A DNA stretch of 64,000 bases from NCBI RefSeq assembly GCF_036971445.1, contig NC_091471.1:342488001-342552000 (forward strand), read 5' to 3'. Position 1 is the first letter of the stretch; every line of letters begins with the position of its first letter. Shown here in pieces: positions 36,720 through 49,581 of this stretch. Under the pieces are notes generated by a model. It was not told where the DNA came from. It worked only from the letters and a program-made list of their open reading frames with translations, and did not search any database. Source of the DNA: Narcine bancroftii. Its lineage: Eukaryota. The translations under genes and the position numbers were made by a program.

Positions 36720-37580
36720 TAACACAGGAGCACCTCAAGGATGTGTGCTTAGCCCACTGCTCTACTCTGTCCACACCTACGTCTGTGTAGCCAGGCACAA
36801 TTCATATGCCATCTACCAATCTGCTGATAACACCATGGTTGTCGGCAGAGTCACAGACGAGGAAGCGTACAGGAGGGAGATAGATCAGCTAAATGAGTGG
36901 AGTCACAACAACAACCCTGCGGTCAATGTCAGTAAAACCAAGGAGATGATTGTGGACTTCAGGAGGAAATCAAGAAAACACGAACTACTCCTCGTCGAGG
37001 GGTCAGCTCCGGGGAGGGTCAAGAACATCAAATTCCTGGGTGTCAGCATCTCTGAGGAACTCTCCTGGAGCCTTGATGTTGATGCAATCACAAGGAAGGC
37101 TCATCAACTGCTATACGTTGTAAGGAGTTTGAGGAGATTTGGTATGTCACCGAAGACTCTCAGAAACTTCTGTAGGTGTACAGTGGAGAGCATTCTGGCT
37201 GGTTGTATCACTGTCTGCCAAAACTCGGGACAAGAAAAAAACTCGAGAGAGTTGTTAACTAGGCCTGTGACATCGTGGGCACCCATCTTCATTCCATTGA
37301 AGATACTCACCAGAAGCAGCGACTTAAGAAAGCAGCTTCCATCTGCCGCCTCTCCATTCCATTGCCTTCTTCACTCTGCTACCATTAGGGAAAAAGGTAC
37401 AAGAATCTGAGAACAAACACTCGGCCATCAGATTCCTGAATGATCAATGGCCACAGACACAATCTTTTTCTTTTACTATTTTAATTTATTTTGTAAGATG
37501 CTTTATATAAATGTTTGCACTGCAATACGACAGTGAAAATAATTTCATGACATTCTCGTGACAATAAATTCTGATTCTAA
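36720..37580 (+). mobile_element. Rex1/Babar-like LINE 3' half
   Basis: NTGAPQGCVLSPLLYS, ADNT, NVSKTKEMIVDFRR, KFLGV; tail GACAATAAATTCTGATTCT. Confidence 0.9.
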
Positions 37581-38122
37581 ATACCTGTTGGGGAAATTAA
37601 TTCAATGAATTAAGTGCTCGGCCTACATTTTAAGCAGACTCTGAAAGATAATTACAAGTTGTTGATTCCTTATGGATTTTGAGCACTTTTTTTTAATTCC
37701 AATTTTTTTTTTGCACATGATCCAAATTTGCACGTGAACTGTGGCTTTTCGTGATGGTTTGGCATGACTGTTGTTGACCAAAACACAATGTCGAATGTAA
37801 AACTTATTGAATTGCACTTGATAGCAGCAACACCTGCATTTCAGGATTTGAACTTCCAACAAAACTTCACAGTGAACATAGAAATGAGAAATGCATTCTT
37901 CTGTGTTAGAAAGATTTGATTACTGAATATCCTGAATGCATTTAATAGTATTTAATGAGGTACAATTCTGTAGAAAATTTGGGAAAATAATCTCAAATCA
38001 GCTATAAAATGAATGTTACAAACATAAATGCACTTCAGTTTGCATTAGAGAATAATGATCAATTGATTTTCACAGACAATTTAATTTGTAGGCACCATTT
38101 GTAATTCATTTTCTATAGAACA

Positions 38123-38555
38123 TGTTAGGTCAGCTTTGTTCATGAATGAGTGAGACAAACACCAGGCTGAGTCGAAATCAGGGTTCTTTGTTCTTTATTA
38201 CCGGATTGTAACACTTGCGACTAACAAAGTTAGTCGGAGAATGCATTCTGCCGTTATCAGCAAAATGGTGATTTTTTATACCCTTGGATATGTGCTTAGA
38301 ACATCATCATATCATTACTTGTCCAATGACTAAAACTGTTGCTATCCTTTCCCTGCTAGCTTCCTGCCTCTCAATCCATCAATGTCTCTCTTATCTTGTA
38401 AGTACAAGGATGCATTCACATCTTGTTACTGCCCTGTACATTCCCATCTCATGATGTTTTACCTAACAGGAGTACAAGGACACCTCCCCTTCTTGTTACT
38501 GCCCTGTACAGGGTAACTCCCTACACATTCCCATCTCATGATGTTTTACCTTACA
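38123..38555 (-). mobile_element. Solo LTR family A, copy 2
   Basis: TGTTAGG...CCTTACA; TSD AACA. Confidence 0.95.
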
Positions 38556-38689
38556 AACACAAGACCTTTGATATCTTACATTTGCTATTCAGCCTGTTGC
38601 TTTGGTCCAAAATATGTATAAAATTTTCAAAAAGGCATAAAAAATATTTCTCTTTCCCTCATTAGGCCTTGAGTCTGTATTAAATGCAC

Positions 38690-39900
38690 CAGGGAAAGAA
38701 TGTAATGGGGAACAGTCTGCAGAGTCAAGTCTAATGAGAGGAGAAGGCTGGCAAATTTAAGGTTGAAGAAGGATGTTGAGGGTTTGGTGAGGAAAAGGAG
38801 GAAAATGTCAGATTTAAACTGTCCAGATCAAATAAATCCCCTGAGGAATACAAAATGTGTGAGAATATATTTGAAAGTCAAAACAGAAGAACAAAGAAAA
38901 AGGCATGAGGTGGAGCTAGTAAGCAGATTAAAGGAAAACCCCTTAAGATTAAAAGGGTAGCAAGGGATGATCCCTTTAAAGATGAACAAGACTGTATTTG
39001 TGTGGAATAGTTTTCATCAGATATTACTGTGAAGCTGATCATGGAAGCCAAGGAATTGAAGCAAATGAATTGCAATGTATATGATCATGTGAGAAGTACC
39101 AGGGAGGAGATATTGGCAGCTTTTGAATGGATTAAGGTGGACAAATCCCCAGGACCTGAGGAAATGCAGTCTCATGCCTTGTGGGAAGAAATTGCGGAGG
39201 CCCTCAATAAAATGTTGAGAAGTGCTGAAGGGCTGGAAAGTGACTAATATGACATTATTCAAAGAGGGCGGCAAGGACTGCAACAAGACACAAACTACAG
39301 GCGAAAGACTTTGATATCATTAGTCAAAAAACTGCTGCAGGTGATTCGAAGGATCAGGATCTACTAGGATTTGCGTAGGCAGGGGCTATTGTAGGTAGTC
39401 AGCATGGTTTTGTCCATGAGACACCATGTCATTCAAATCTGATTTTCTTTTATTTTGAAGGGTGGCACAGTTGGTGCAGCGGTTAGCACAACACCTTTAC
39501 AATGGCAGCGATCGGGACTGGACCGGAGTTCGAACCCAAGCTCTCTGTAAGGAGTTTGCTTGTTCTCCCTGTGTCTGTGTGGGTTTTCTCTGGGGACTCT
39601 GGTTTCCTCCCACTGTTAAAAAACATAACAGGCGTGTAGGTTAAGAGGGTACAAATTGGGCGTCACAGACTCATGGTGTATGTCTAAATTTAAATTTAAA
39701 AACAGAGATGACCAAGAAAACTGATGAGCTTAAGGTGGTGGATGTTGTGTATATGGATTTGTGTAAGTCCTTTCACAAGTTCCCACATGGAAGGTAAATT
39801 TGGAGTATCTAAAAGGAGCTGGCTAATTCAGTTCAACTCTGGCCTACTGGAAGGGGAAGGGGGTAGTAGCATAGGCCTGTAACCACTGGTATGCTGCAGC
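38690..39900 (+). mobile_element. CR1 ORF2 middle remnant split by a V-SINE
   Basis: IKVDKSPGPE; QHGF; DVVYMD...F.K.PH. Confidence 0.8.
39461..39700 (+). mobile_element. tRNA-derived V-SINE
   Basis: A box TGGTGCAGCGG; B box GTTCGAACC; V-domain GGAGTTTGCTTGTTCTCCCTGTGTCTGTGTGGGTTTTCTC; ATTTAA tail. Confidence 0.88.
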
Positions 39901-39960
39901 AATTATATCTATCTTAATTTGGACAGCTGGGCAAGTTAACTTTGTGTAAAGAGGCTGATA

Positions 39961-40314
39961 CAGTACGTTTCCCCTTATCCATAGTTCTGAATGCCAAAAG
40001 GATCCATTAACCAACCTTTTTTGCGGAACCTTCGTGACATCACAAGTTGCAAAAGATTTATCACCCAACTTGCCCATGTGGGGCTTTGACACCTGTTGGC
40101 GCCATTTTGATAACAACAGTGCTCTCATGTACTGTACAAAGCAAAGATCAAGTTGTTTTTTGCTACACACTAAACATTATTTCATGCTTGAAAAGCCCGT
40201 TGTTTAACCGCTGATGCTACTGAGACGATGAAAGCCATTGTTCCATCAACTGAGAAAACCCAATTACCAAAAACTGTCCGGTCTCAAGTGTTTCGGATAT
40301 GGGGAAACATACTA
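39961..40314. mobile_element. Tigger-like MITE
   Basis: TA|CAGTACGTTTCCCCTTATCC ... GGATATGGGGAAACATACTA|TA. Confidence 0.85.
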
Positions 40315-40986
40315 TACGTGTATTTGTGTTACTCATTTGCAATTGTGTTCCAGTCAGAAATTTCCACAGTTACTGTTGACATCAGAGCATTATATTAGCT
40401 CAACCTATTTAAATTTTATTGCTCCCTCTTTATCTATTCTGCCTGTGGCTGTGTTCATACTTCATAATATATGGATGAGTTGTGTGGTGCTCCAGTAGTT
40501 TTCATCATGGAAACCCACACAGACACAGGAAGAACAAGCAAACTCCTTACAGAGAGCTTTTGATGTCTGTTGACATTACTTGGCATCCAAGCTCAGGAAA
40601 ACTCTGGATTTATTACTGCCAGGTTAAGATAACCCTACTCTTTAACTTCACGAAAATCATACCCTCATTACCTCTTGAAATTGCCTGTGTTATAGTGCAT
40701 GATATTCAGTTTTTATGATATTCAGTTTTCTGTATAATTATTTGGAAAATAATTGAAAGAACAGGAAAAGAATACAAACTCCTCTTATTTTTAACCTTAA
40801 AGGACACATTATGTTGATTTTTTAAATTGAAGATGCTATTTTAAATGATTTCTTAACACCATCCTTTCCAAATGCAGGATGAAAACAGCTACCAGGAATG
40901 CAATGGAACAGAAAGCTGTTTTTATTTGAGGAGAACAAAGAAATAAGATGAGAACCTTCAGGGAAAACATGATGGAATGGTAAATA

Positions 40987-41619
40987 AAGTGGTTCTCAAT
41001 CTTTTTCTTTCCACTCACGTGCCACTTTAAGTTATCTCTATGCCACAGGTGATTGCTTAAGTTGATATGTGAGTGGAAAGAAAATCTTTGAAAGCCACTG
41101 TTTTAATTGTACCTAATTAACTCATTATGTGCATGGTTTCATAACTCCAAATGAAATGGGGCAATGACAATTTTCATCAAGCAAAATATTTCAGTAAGCA
41201 TGGGTCTAGAGCAGGGGTGTCAAACTCAAATTCACAGAGGGCCAAAATTAAAAACTTGGACTAAGTCGTGGGCCAAACGAAATATTTATTGAAAATTTTC
41301 AACAACATCTGCATGTTTTCTCTTCTTTCAACATATGTAATGTTAAACTATTTCTTATTAAAATAAATGTTTAATAATAGTTTTGGTTAAATTCTTTCCA
41401 GAAGAAGCATTAACAAATGAGAAATAAAATATTCAATAAATAATATTTCTCTATAACCTTTAAGCTCCTTTTAAATGTATTTTTTTTCACAAGCCAATAA
41501 GTCAACCTTCCCTTCCCACTCACACACCACCTTAATCAATCTATTTCAAATCACAGAGCATCTACGGCATAGGGAATACTTAAAATGGAATGAGGAAACT
41601 CAAAGGTTGAGAACCACTG
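40987..41619. mobile_element. Composite hAT MITE, copy 2, carrying a piece of a second hAT at 41212-41501
   Basis: Same unit-spacer-unit layout as 30349; CAGGGGTGTCAAACTCA terminus inserted right after TCTAGAG; decayed TSD GGTAAATA / GGTTAATG. Confidence 0.85.
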
Positions 41620-41656
41620 GGTTAATGTCTTAAGCAGCTCAATAGATATATGACTT

Positions 41657-42310
41657 GCGTGTACAGAGCCGTTGTCATACCCACGCTCTTGTTCGGCTCC
41701 GAATCATGGGTCCTCTACCGGCATCACCTACGGCTCCTAGAACGCTTCCATCAGCGCTGTCTCTGCTCCATCCTCAACATTCATTGGAATGACTTCATCA
41801 CCAACATCGAAGTACTCGAGCTGGCAGAGTCCGCAAGCATCGAATCCATGCTGCTGAAGACCCAACTGCGCTGGGTGGGTCATGTCTCCAGAATGGCAGA
41901 ACATCGCCTTCCCAAGATCATGTTCTATGGCGAGCTCTCCACTGGCCACTGAGACAGAGGTGCACCAAAGAAGAGGTACAAGTACTGCTTAAAGAAATCT
42001 CTTGGTGCCTGCCACATTGACCACCGCCAATGGGCTGATATCACCTCCAACCGTGCATCTTGGCGCCTCACAGTTTGGCGGGCAGCAACCTCCTTTGAAG
42101 AAGACTGCAGAGCCCACCTCACTGACAAAAGACAAAGGAGGAAAAACCCAACATCCAACCCCAACCCACCAATTTTCCTTTGCAACCGCTACAACCGTGC
42201 CTACCTGTCCCGCATCGGACTTGTCAGTCACCAACGAGCCTGCAGCAGACATGAACATACCCCTCCATAAATCTTTGTCCACGAAGCCAAGCCAAAGAAA
42301 GGAAAGAAGA
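41657..42310 (+). mobile_element. Young RTE LINE, 5'-truncated, more diverged copy
   Basis: VYRAVVIPTLLFGSESW...; stop at 41950; AAG tail. Confidence 0.95.
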
Positions 42311-43863
42311 TAAATATCCATCTTTCCTTTATTTATACAAAAGCTTTTCATCAAAGTATCTGATGAAATGAAGTACTGGCTGATTCAAGTTCCAATACCA
42401 TCGCTGCTACACCAATTTGACTTTAATTTAGCAATGCAACATTCCACTGGCACATATCACCCTGGGCTATCATTGTGAATTTGGTCATTTAATGCCAATT
42501 AATGTCAGTGTAATAGCAAACGTCCATGCTGTGCATTCACAGCCTGTGGGAATTAGACTGAAACTCATTTCAGACAAAATCTTTTCAACTATCTCAAAGA
42601 CTTCCTTGACATAATTATTAGATGAATTTGAACTGGGAATTGTCAAATGATTTGTTTACCAAACTTTTGGCTCTGATTTTAGAAAATTATTTCTGAACTA
42701 TTCCAAAGAGTTGCACAAAAAAAGTGTTTTTTTTTTTTTCTTTAATAAAAAGCCCCAAAACTTTAGCATTATAATCTGAAGAATTCTTTCAATCTTTATT
42801 TAATCTTAATATTTAATTATAATTTTTTTTTACAGGTAACTAAACCCTGATTTGTTTTTCATAATCACTAGAAGATTATTATATGTAATATGGCATTAAA
42901 ATGAATTGGTGGATAGTTTTATTTTCCAACTCTACAATCATCCAAGAATTCTTTACTCATCCTTTCTTCCCCATGTAATGTTTCATCCCAGTGAAACACT
43001 ATAATGCAGAACATCTAACAGTTGAATCCAATTGTGGAACATAGTCCCAGAGCTTCTGGAATCAGGAGGTGTAACCGCTTCCCTCACCCCGATACCTCAG
43101 AGCATGAGAGCACCAACATACAGCCTGAGCCAGTATGAAAATGAAAGTTGAGTCAGCCTTTTGAGAGACTGACGATGTATTGTTGATATCTAATGAATAA
43201 TTTGATCATTATATATTTTTATGGAATAAAAATAATCATTTTTTACTTGGAAAAGTTAAAGTTATTTCAGTGACATGCAGGCTTTTCCAAGGAATGAAAT
43301 ATTAATTTCTTGTACATGATAGGAAACATCCCAAGACAAAAATCAAAAGAGCATGAAAAGTTTCTTTCTCCCCATTTTCTTTGAACACTTTCAAACACGT
43401 ATTGTTCGACCAGCTAAATTATTGTATGAGGTGACTGATGTCCTGCCCTCCTAATACCAGTGGGTGAACAGAAGTGAATCTGTGAGATTTCCTGTTGGTG
43501 CAGATTTTGTGGATCATGTGGAAAAATTGTTGACCCTTCATTCTCACTCCAAAATGTCTATTTTTTAAAAATTCATTCTCATGACTTGTTATTCAGCATT
43601 AATATACTGGAATTCCTTTTTTATTATATATCTAAATATAATGATTTTAGTTTGTGATAACTTACTTGGCAAAAGTGGATGGGACTGTATCCCTATTAAC
43701 GCTGATCAAGACCAAGGGTACAAACAATGTAATTTTATCAATTGTGCCAGCAGAACTGTAGAAAAGCAATCAATTCACTAATTAGTCTTTCAAAGTATTC
43801 CGCATCCTCTGAGTTACAGGGTGTTCAGTGGGGCTTGTCACTAAACACGACCCTTGAAACATA

Positions 43864-44117
43864 AGGGACTTTTACACAGCTGCTGAGAAGCAGAACATTT
43901 TCTGCTCTGCTGGCAATGTAAAAATGTCGAGATGAAATTTATTATGTAAATTCCATCCCTCAGTTTTTCCACCAGGACTCTTGCACATTTTTACAGGGCG
44001 GCTGCACCAAAGGTAAGAGAGGGTGCCCATGGGGATGACAGGGGTGAAGGGGGATAATCTACCCCCAACTCAAATATCCAGCCTCCAAAAATACCGCAAC
44101 TGCAGTGTAAATGCTCT
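43864..44117. mobile_element. Harbinger-like MITE
   Basis: AGGGACTTTTACACAGC vs reverse complement AGAGCATTTACACTGC; internal TTTTACA motifs. Confidence 0.45.
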
Positions 44118-44614
44118 GTTTGTCTGAATGGCCAATCCAGAGGCAAGTACGCTGTTTCTTTTGTTATTTCTCCTTTACTTCCATGTAAAAATGTCAATAG
44201 TCTCAATACACTCACTAAAGATCTTATCTGCTTATTACATTTTTATCTCTTCTAACTGATGATGATGTAGCACAGATCAAATCTCTACAAAATTGTTTTT
44301 CATATTTGTTTACTTACAAGTTATCACCCAGTGTATTCAGTGTGTGTTTTGGAGCAGAAAGGGAGCTGTTTTGCTGCATGGTCAAGTATAATTTTATATT
44401 TGGGTATGGAGATGGCAGAAATAATTCCATGATCTGAGGGCCCCAGGAAAAAAGATTTACAATTGAGTGTGTGGGTTGGAGACTGAGGTAAAAATTTCTT
44501 CCAATCCTTTGATCTCTATGTTATCCACAGAACCAAGTTCACAACATTTCCCTAATACTTAGTTCACTTAAATATGAAAATATATCTAACCTCAGTTAGT
44601 TTTCAAGTTGGTTA

Positions 44615-45241
44615 AGCCCGTTTCACACCGCCATCCCTCCTAGGAAGCTGGTAAACTTACCTGGCATGCAGTACCCGGTAAGTAATTCACACCAGACAAT
44701 TATTTACTTGGTTCATCTGGATCTCTTGGATCTAAGGGGCCCCCACCTCCAGCAATGATGTCATGAGTGACATATTTCACACTCACAGGGCAGTGAAATC
44801 ATAGCGGGAATAAAGCACCTAAGCACTTAATGTATATAAGACCGTGGAGAAAAAATGCACACAATTTAATAAGACCTATGTCCTCAATGTATAAAAGACC
44901 ACAGTGAGCTTCAGATTATTCAAATTGAGGACAAACCACAGACCAACTTGTCATTATTCCCTAAACAATAGAGAATAACAACTATATACATAGCATTACA
45001 TTGTATTAGGTATTATAAGTAATTTTGATGATTTAAAGCACAGGTACACACTGATAGCTCCACCAGCCATGTGCTGACAGCCCTGCCGACTGCACAGTTA
45101 CATTTCACAGCCCCACCAAGGGTCAAAGCCTAATTGATTTTTATTTGCCCTGCCTGACTTTCCTTTCACACTGCCAGATTACTGCAATGGAACTGCTAAA
45201 TTGGTCGGTTTAACCCCCTTTATTTGGCAGTGTGACTGGGT
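44615..45241. mobile_element. Harbinger-like MITE with TTCACAC subterminal repeats
   Basis: AGCCCGTTTCACACCGCC and GGCAGTGTGACTGGGT; TTA at both flanks. Confidence 0.6.
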
Positions 45242-45275
45242 TAGGTTCTCAGGTTGGTTAGTTTTCAACCTGGTA

Positions 45276-45471
45276 CAGTAAAAGCCCTGTTATCTGGAAT
45301 TTAAGCAACCTGCCAAAAATATTGTGGAAAATAAATAGGAAAAAAAATGAAAATTTAAAATTGGTGCGCCTCACCATTAGTTCACCAATCGCACAGTCTC
45401 AAGCAACTGGAAATTTCACTTATCCTACATCTACCAATTCCCATGGGTGCCAGAATCCAGGGGTTTTACTC
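45276..45471. mobile_element. Tigger-like MITE (related fragment near 58985-59050)
   Basis: TA|CAGTAAAAGCCCTG ... CAGGGGTTTTACTC. Confidence 0.7.
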
Positions 45472-45549
45472 TTTTTGTAAACCTTCCCTGTACTATATAT
45501 TACAAACATGAATAATAAAACAAATAGATCCACACAACTAATATGTTGG

Positions 45550-45818
45550 TGTGGTGATACAACCACTACACTGGCTGCACTCCTACCAGCCTACTGCAAG
45601 GGGGAAACCATTACACCTGCAGGTAGGCAACCTGGAAGGCTGGCCCCACCTGCCGCTGTCAATCTCCGGCCTGTAAAAAGACTCGAGCCAGCCCCTTTGG
45701 GGACAGTCAGACTTGTGGAGCCAGCAAAAATACTAAGACTAGTGTATGTTTAAGCTAATTAGAGTTTGTTGTACAGTCTGTAGATTTGCATCACAATTAT
45801 TCGCACAGCGCACACATA
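45550..45818 (+). mobile_element. Probable solo LTR
   Basis: Starts TGTGGTGA like the Gypsy LTR; GC-rich; TGTAAAA TATA-like box; flanks GTTGG / ATTGG. Confidence 0.45.
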
Positions 45819-48255
45819 ATTGGCATTAAATTTCATGAATACAATTGTGGGTTGGAATATAGAAAACTGTGAGCAAGGGTAGGGCATTGACGAGGATTAT
45901 CAATCACCTATCGTGGCACTTTTTTTAACTGAACCCATATCCTAGCATGTTTATATGTTCAAGTAGCAAATTTGAGAGGAAAACTGAAAGATAAAAAGAT
46001 ATTGATGGTTGGTATATCATCAAAAATATTCTGTTTTCACTATGTTCTATCAGTTAAAATACAATTTATCGGGCAAACCAACATGTTTTGATTTGCACTG
46101 GAAGTTGTCAGTCTCAATTAATCAGATCATTTGGGCCTGAGGGAATTAGATAGGCTTAAGGACTGGATTTGGAGCAATCATCCATTTCTTTCTACCACTG
46201 CTTGTCATCGTGAGAGATAAAAAAATATACTTGGTTACTGGAAATAAGATATCTCCAATTTATCAGGAATCTTTTCCAATACTTAATAAATGAACAGCAG
46301 CTCTTTAAAAATCTTCCCTCAAAATGACTCCTTTTGCGTCAGACTGTTGCCCATATGTGAAGGTTTTTTTAAAAATTAATTGGTTGCCAGCTTGTTTAGG
46401 AAAATTGAATATTCCCTGGTGTGAAATTATTATCTGGTTTTATTGGACATGGCCCACCATGGTGCCAAAGCTATTTCCAAAGGTGAGAGAGGAAGCAGGA
46501 TTTAGGTGGGATGTGATTTGCTGCAATATATTTTAGTGCCAGGAATCAGACATAGAAGTGTAGATGACACTAAAAGACCAAAAAAAGGGGCAAAGTGTTC
46601 TCCCAACACCAAAAGTGATCTTCATATCTTCAATGCTGATGTACTGGCACTGTTGCTTTTGTCTATCTAAAATAATGGAAAGAAGGCTCACACTCTCTCA
46701 CTCACACACACTCAAATTTTCTATCTTTCATTTCCTGTCAAGGATTAAGCCACAGGTATTATCCAAACAGGAGAGATGCACTCAGGAATAGACTTCTCCT
46801 GCTCTTCAAGGAGAAAGTGCTGCATCACTAGTGCTAACCGTAGCAGATCCACAGAAGAGCATCTTCCTGTTTTAGAGGTGAAGTGTTGACTATTATTGGA
46901 GCAGCAAACAAAGCCACACAGTAACAATCGAGATGACTATGTACTCATGACTGGATTAATTCATGTTCTTCTGATCATATTAGTTGAGAGTAATACAGCA
47001 AAACACACACACGCACACAGTGGGTTCTGACAAAGCCACTGTTATTACAGATCAATTCTTTGATATGTGCAGTTATTTTCTAGTGGTCAGGTTTGTCCTT
47101 TAGACTGTTGAAATTCCTGTCTTTTGCTCCTAAATTTTAATTGAACCAAAATGGAGTAACTATCACTTCATTTGACCAAGGACACTGCAGGGACAAGGAA
47201 CATGGATTGGTTATTAATGAACCTACTGATGAATTTTACTCAACATCACAACAAAGGCAAATATGTGCACCATTGTTGTGAAGGCAATTTTGATCTACTT
47301 TTGAATGCCAAAATGAAACTTCTGGTACCAAGATATTAAAATGTTGTCCTGCTTGCCTCCTGTCAAACAGTGGTGAATGTTTCTCAATGGGGCAATACTT
47401 CATATTTTATTTTATCAATGGTATCTTATTACACAATACAGTATTATAAACCCAAGGCTTAGCAATACAATGCAGTATAAATTCTATTCTGAATATATAC
47501 AATATTGAACATGGTGAAATTATTTAAACCAGGTCAAAAGAAACAGATTCTGATGAATAAAAAGCAAATGCTTTTCAAGAAAATAGAATTTAATTTGGAA
47601 TGGGCAAAATTAAGCAAATTAACTTGGATTTATGTTTTAATTTGTCGTATATATTGCTTTAATTCACTGAATCCCCAGTTCTTTTTATTTTCACATTAAA
47701 TTACTATTTTTCTCCTTGCTTTTAAGTGCCAATATGTCTTACCAAATTCTTCCCAGAGGGTCTCTTCCCCCATGTTGTTATGTAATGAATTGCTTACAGG
47801 TGCAGTACATCTGCTCCCCACTTGTGTTCATGAAATGCTTCAATATCATGGGTAGTTTGGGATAACTTAACTTTGGAGTCTTGGTTGTGAGCCGACATCT
47901 TGCTAAATGTTCTTTTAAAAAATAGTGTGCGATGATAGAGTCAGAAAATCACATAATATTATGAGGGAAGAGTTGGATTTTAAGTTTTTAAATCTTGTCA
48001 AATCTTAAAGATTCAAGTACTCCCGATCCTCATTTAGCTTACCCCCTAATTTTACAACTCTCAGATGTGTGTCCAACATCAATTTATTGCTCAAACCTCT
48101 TCAAACGTATGCAATCAATCTTACTACTTCCATTTGCTTTACTGTTTTTTTTTGATAGGGTCTGAAACTATATTGAAAAATTAAGCAGGCAGCAAATAAC
48201 TAAGTCAGTTTTATATTTTCCAATAAAGGATTTAGACCAGGAACAAGAACAGGCC

Positions 48256-48381
48256 CTTTGATTCAGAAACCTTGATAGATGTGATGTTGTATCAATGGTA
48301 TCTTTGATTCAGAAACCTTGATAGATGTGATGTTGTATCAATGGTATCTTTGATTCAGAAACCTTGATAGATGTGACGTTG
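48256..48381. repeat. 46-bp minisatellite, ~2.7 copies
   Basis: CTTTGATTCAGAAACCTTGATAGATGTGATGTTGTATCAATGGTAT starting at 48256, 48302 and 48348. Confidence 0.95.
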
Positions 48382-49273
48382 GCATTCTTTACAAATTCTT
48401 TGTCAATCGTTACAAACTATTTTGCGGAACCTTTAATTCATTTCTTTCTCTATTCACGAAAACCATACAATTTACCACAGATCTGTATTTATCCACCTGA
48501 TGCAGCATCCGATGTCTTCGAGAGACAACATTCTTTGCATTATAAGATTGCAACACCAGGAACTAATGATGTGAACTAAAGAACATTGATCACAGTAGTA
48601 AGGTAGAAATGATGATTGATCCTTGGCAAGTTTCTGCCATTGGTGGAAGGTGACAATAAGATCTGTGAATTGCCTGTTTCTATTCCTTAAAGTTTCAAAA
48701 ATGGTACAACTCATCTCTACCTTCCTCAATTTTTGGTTTAATCAATAAATTGCTGGTAAGACACACATTACCTTGGGTAGTAGCAGATTCTGGGATTTCT
48801 CATCTTGTGGCTTTATACTTCTTTCATATTTATTGTGTTCACCTCAATATATGCAGAAAATTGGTTGAGCCACATTCTATTATTTTAACTGAAATACTAG
48901 AAGTTTTTTTTTTACAATGCCTCCTTAGAGTTTAAGAACCTATGTACTGAATCTTTTTGTTTTCCCTAGGATAAGATTTGCAGAACTTTCAGGATTCCCA
49001 CATTGGAATTAGATGACTCAACAATTAAATCATTTATGGGTGGGGTGTGGGGTGCAGGAGGAGGTTTATATGGGAAGAATATAATATTTAAGCCCCAAAT
49101 GAGTAATTAACCATTAATCTGTATGGGGCTAAATTAAGCTTGGGAGGAATGCAAGCATTAATTAATTAATTAATTGTTAAGGATGTGTAAAATCAGTGCT
49201 CTGGAAAACACTTTTAGCTTCAACACACAGAAAAGTCAGCTATCCCTTGGTCTCAAATGCATTTAGTATAGAC

Positions 49274-49581
49274 CAGTGGTTCTCAACCTTTTTATTTCCA
49301 CTCACATACCGCTAAGTATTCCCTATGTCATAGGTGCTCTGTGATTAGTCAGGGATTGCTTAAGGTGGTATATGGGTGGAAAGAAAAAGTTTGAAAACCA
49401 CTGTTTAATCATACTTAATTAGCTCATTATGTGTGCAGTTTCATAACACCAAAGGAAATGGGCCACTGGCAACTTTTCTCAAGCAAAATATTTTAGTAAC
49501 AAGTTGGGTCTAGAGCAGTGATTCTCAACCTTCTCTTCCCACTCACATGCCACCTTAAGCAATCCCTTACTAATTGCAGAG
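49274..49581. mobile_element. Composite hAT MITE, copy 3, right end truncated
   Basis: GTATAGAC|CAGTGGTTCTCAACC; same spacer ending GGGTCTAGAG. Confidence 0.88.

Noticed and set aside
46720-46885. Possible plus-strand exon
   Set aside because: All three frames from the first acceptor contain stops, the donor is weak, and the peptide is unrecognised.
48256-48381. CRISPR-like array
   Set aside because: Head-to-tail identical units with no unique spacers, no cas genes, and a eukaryotic context.
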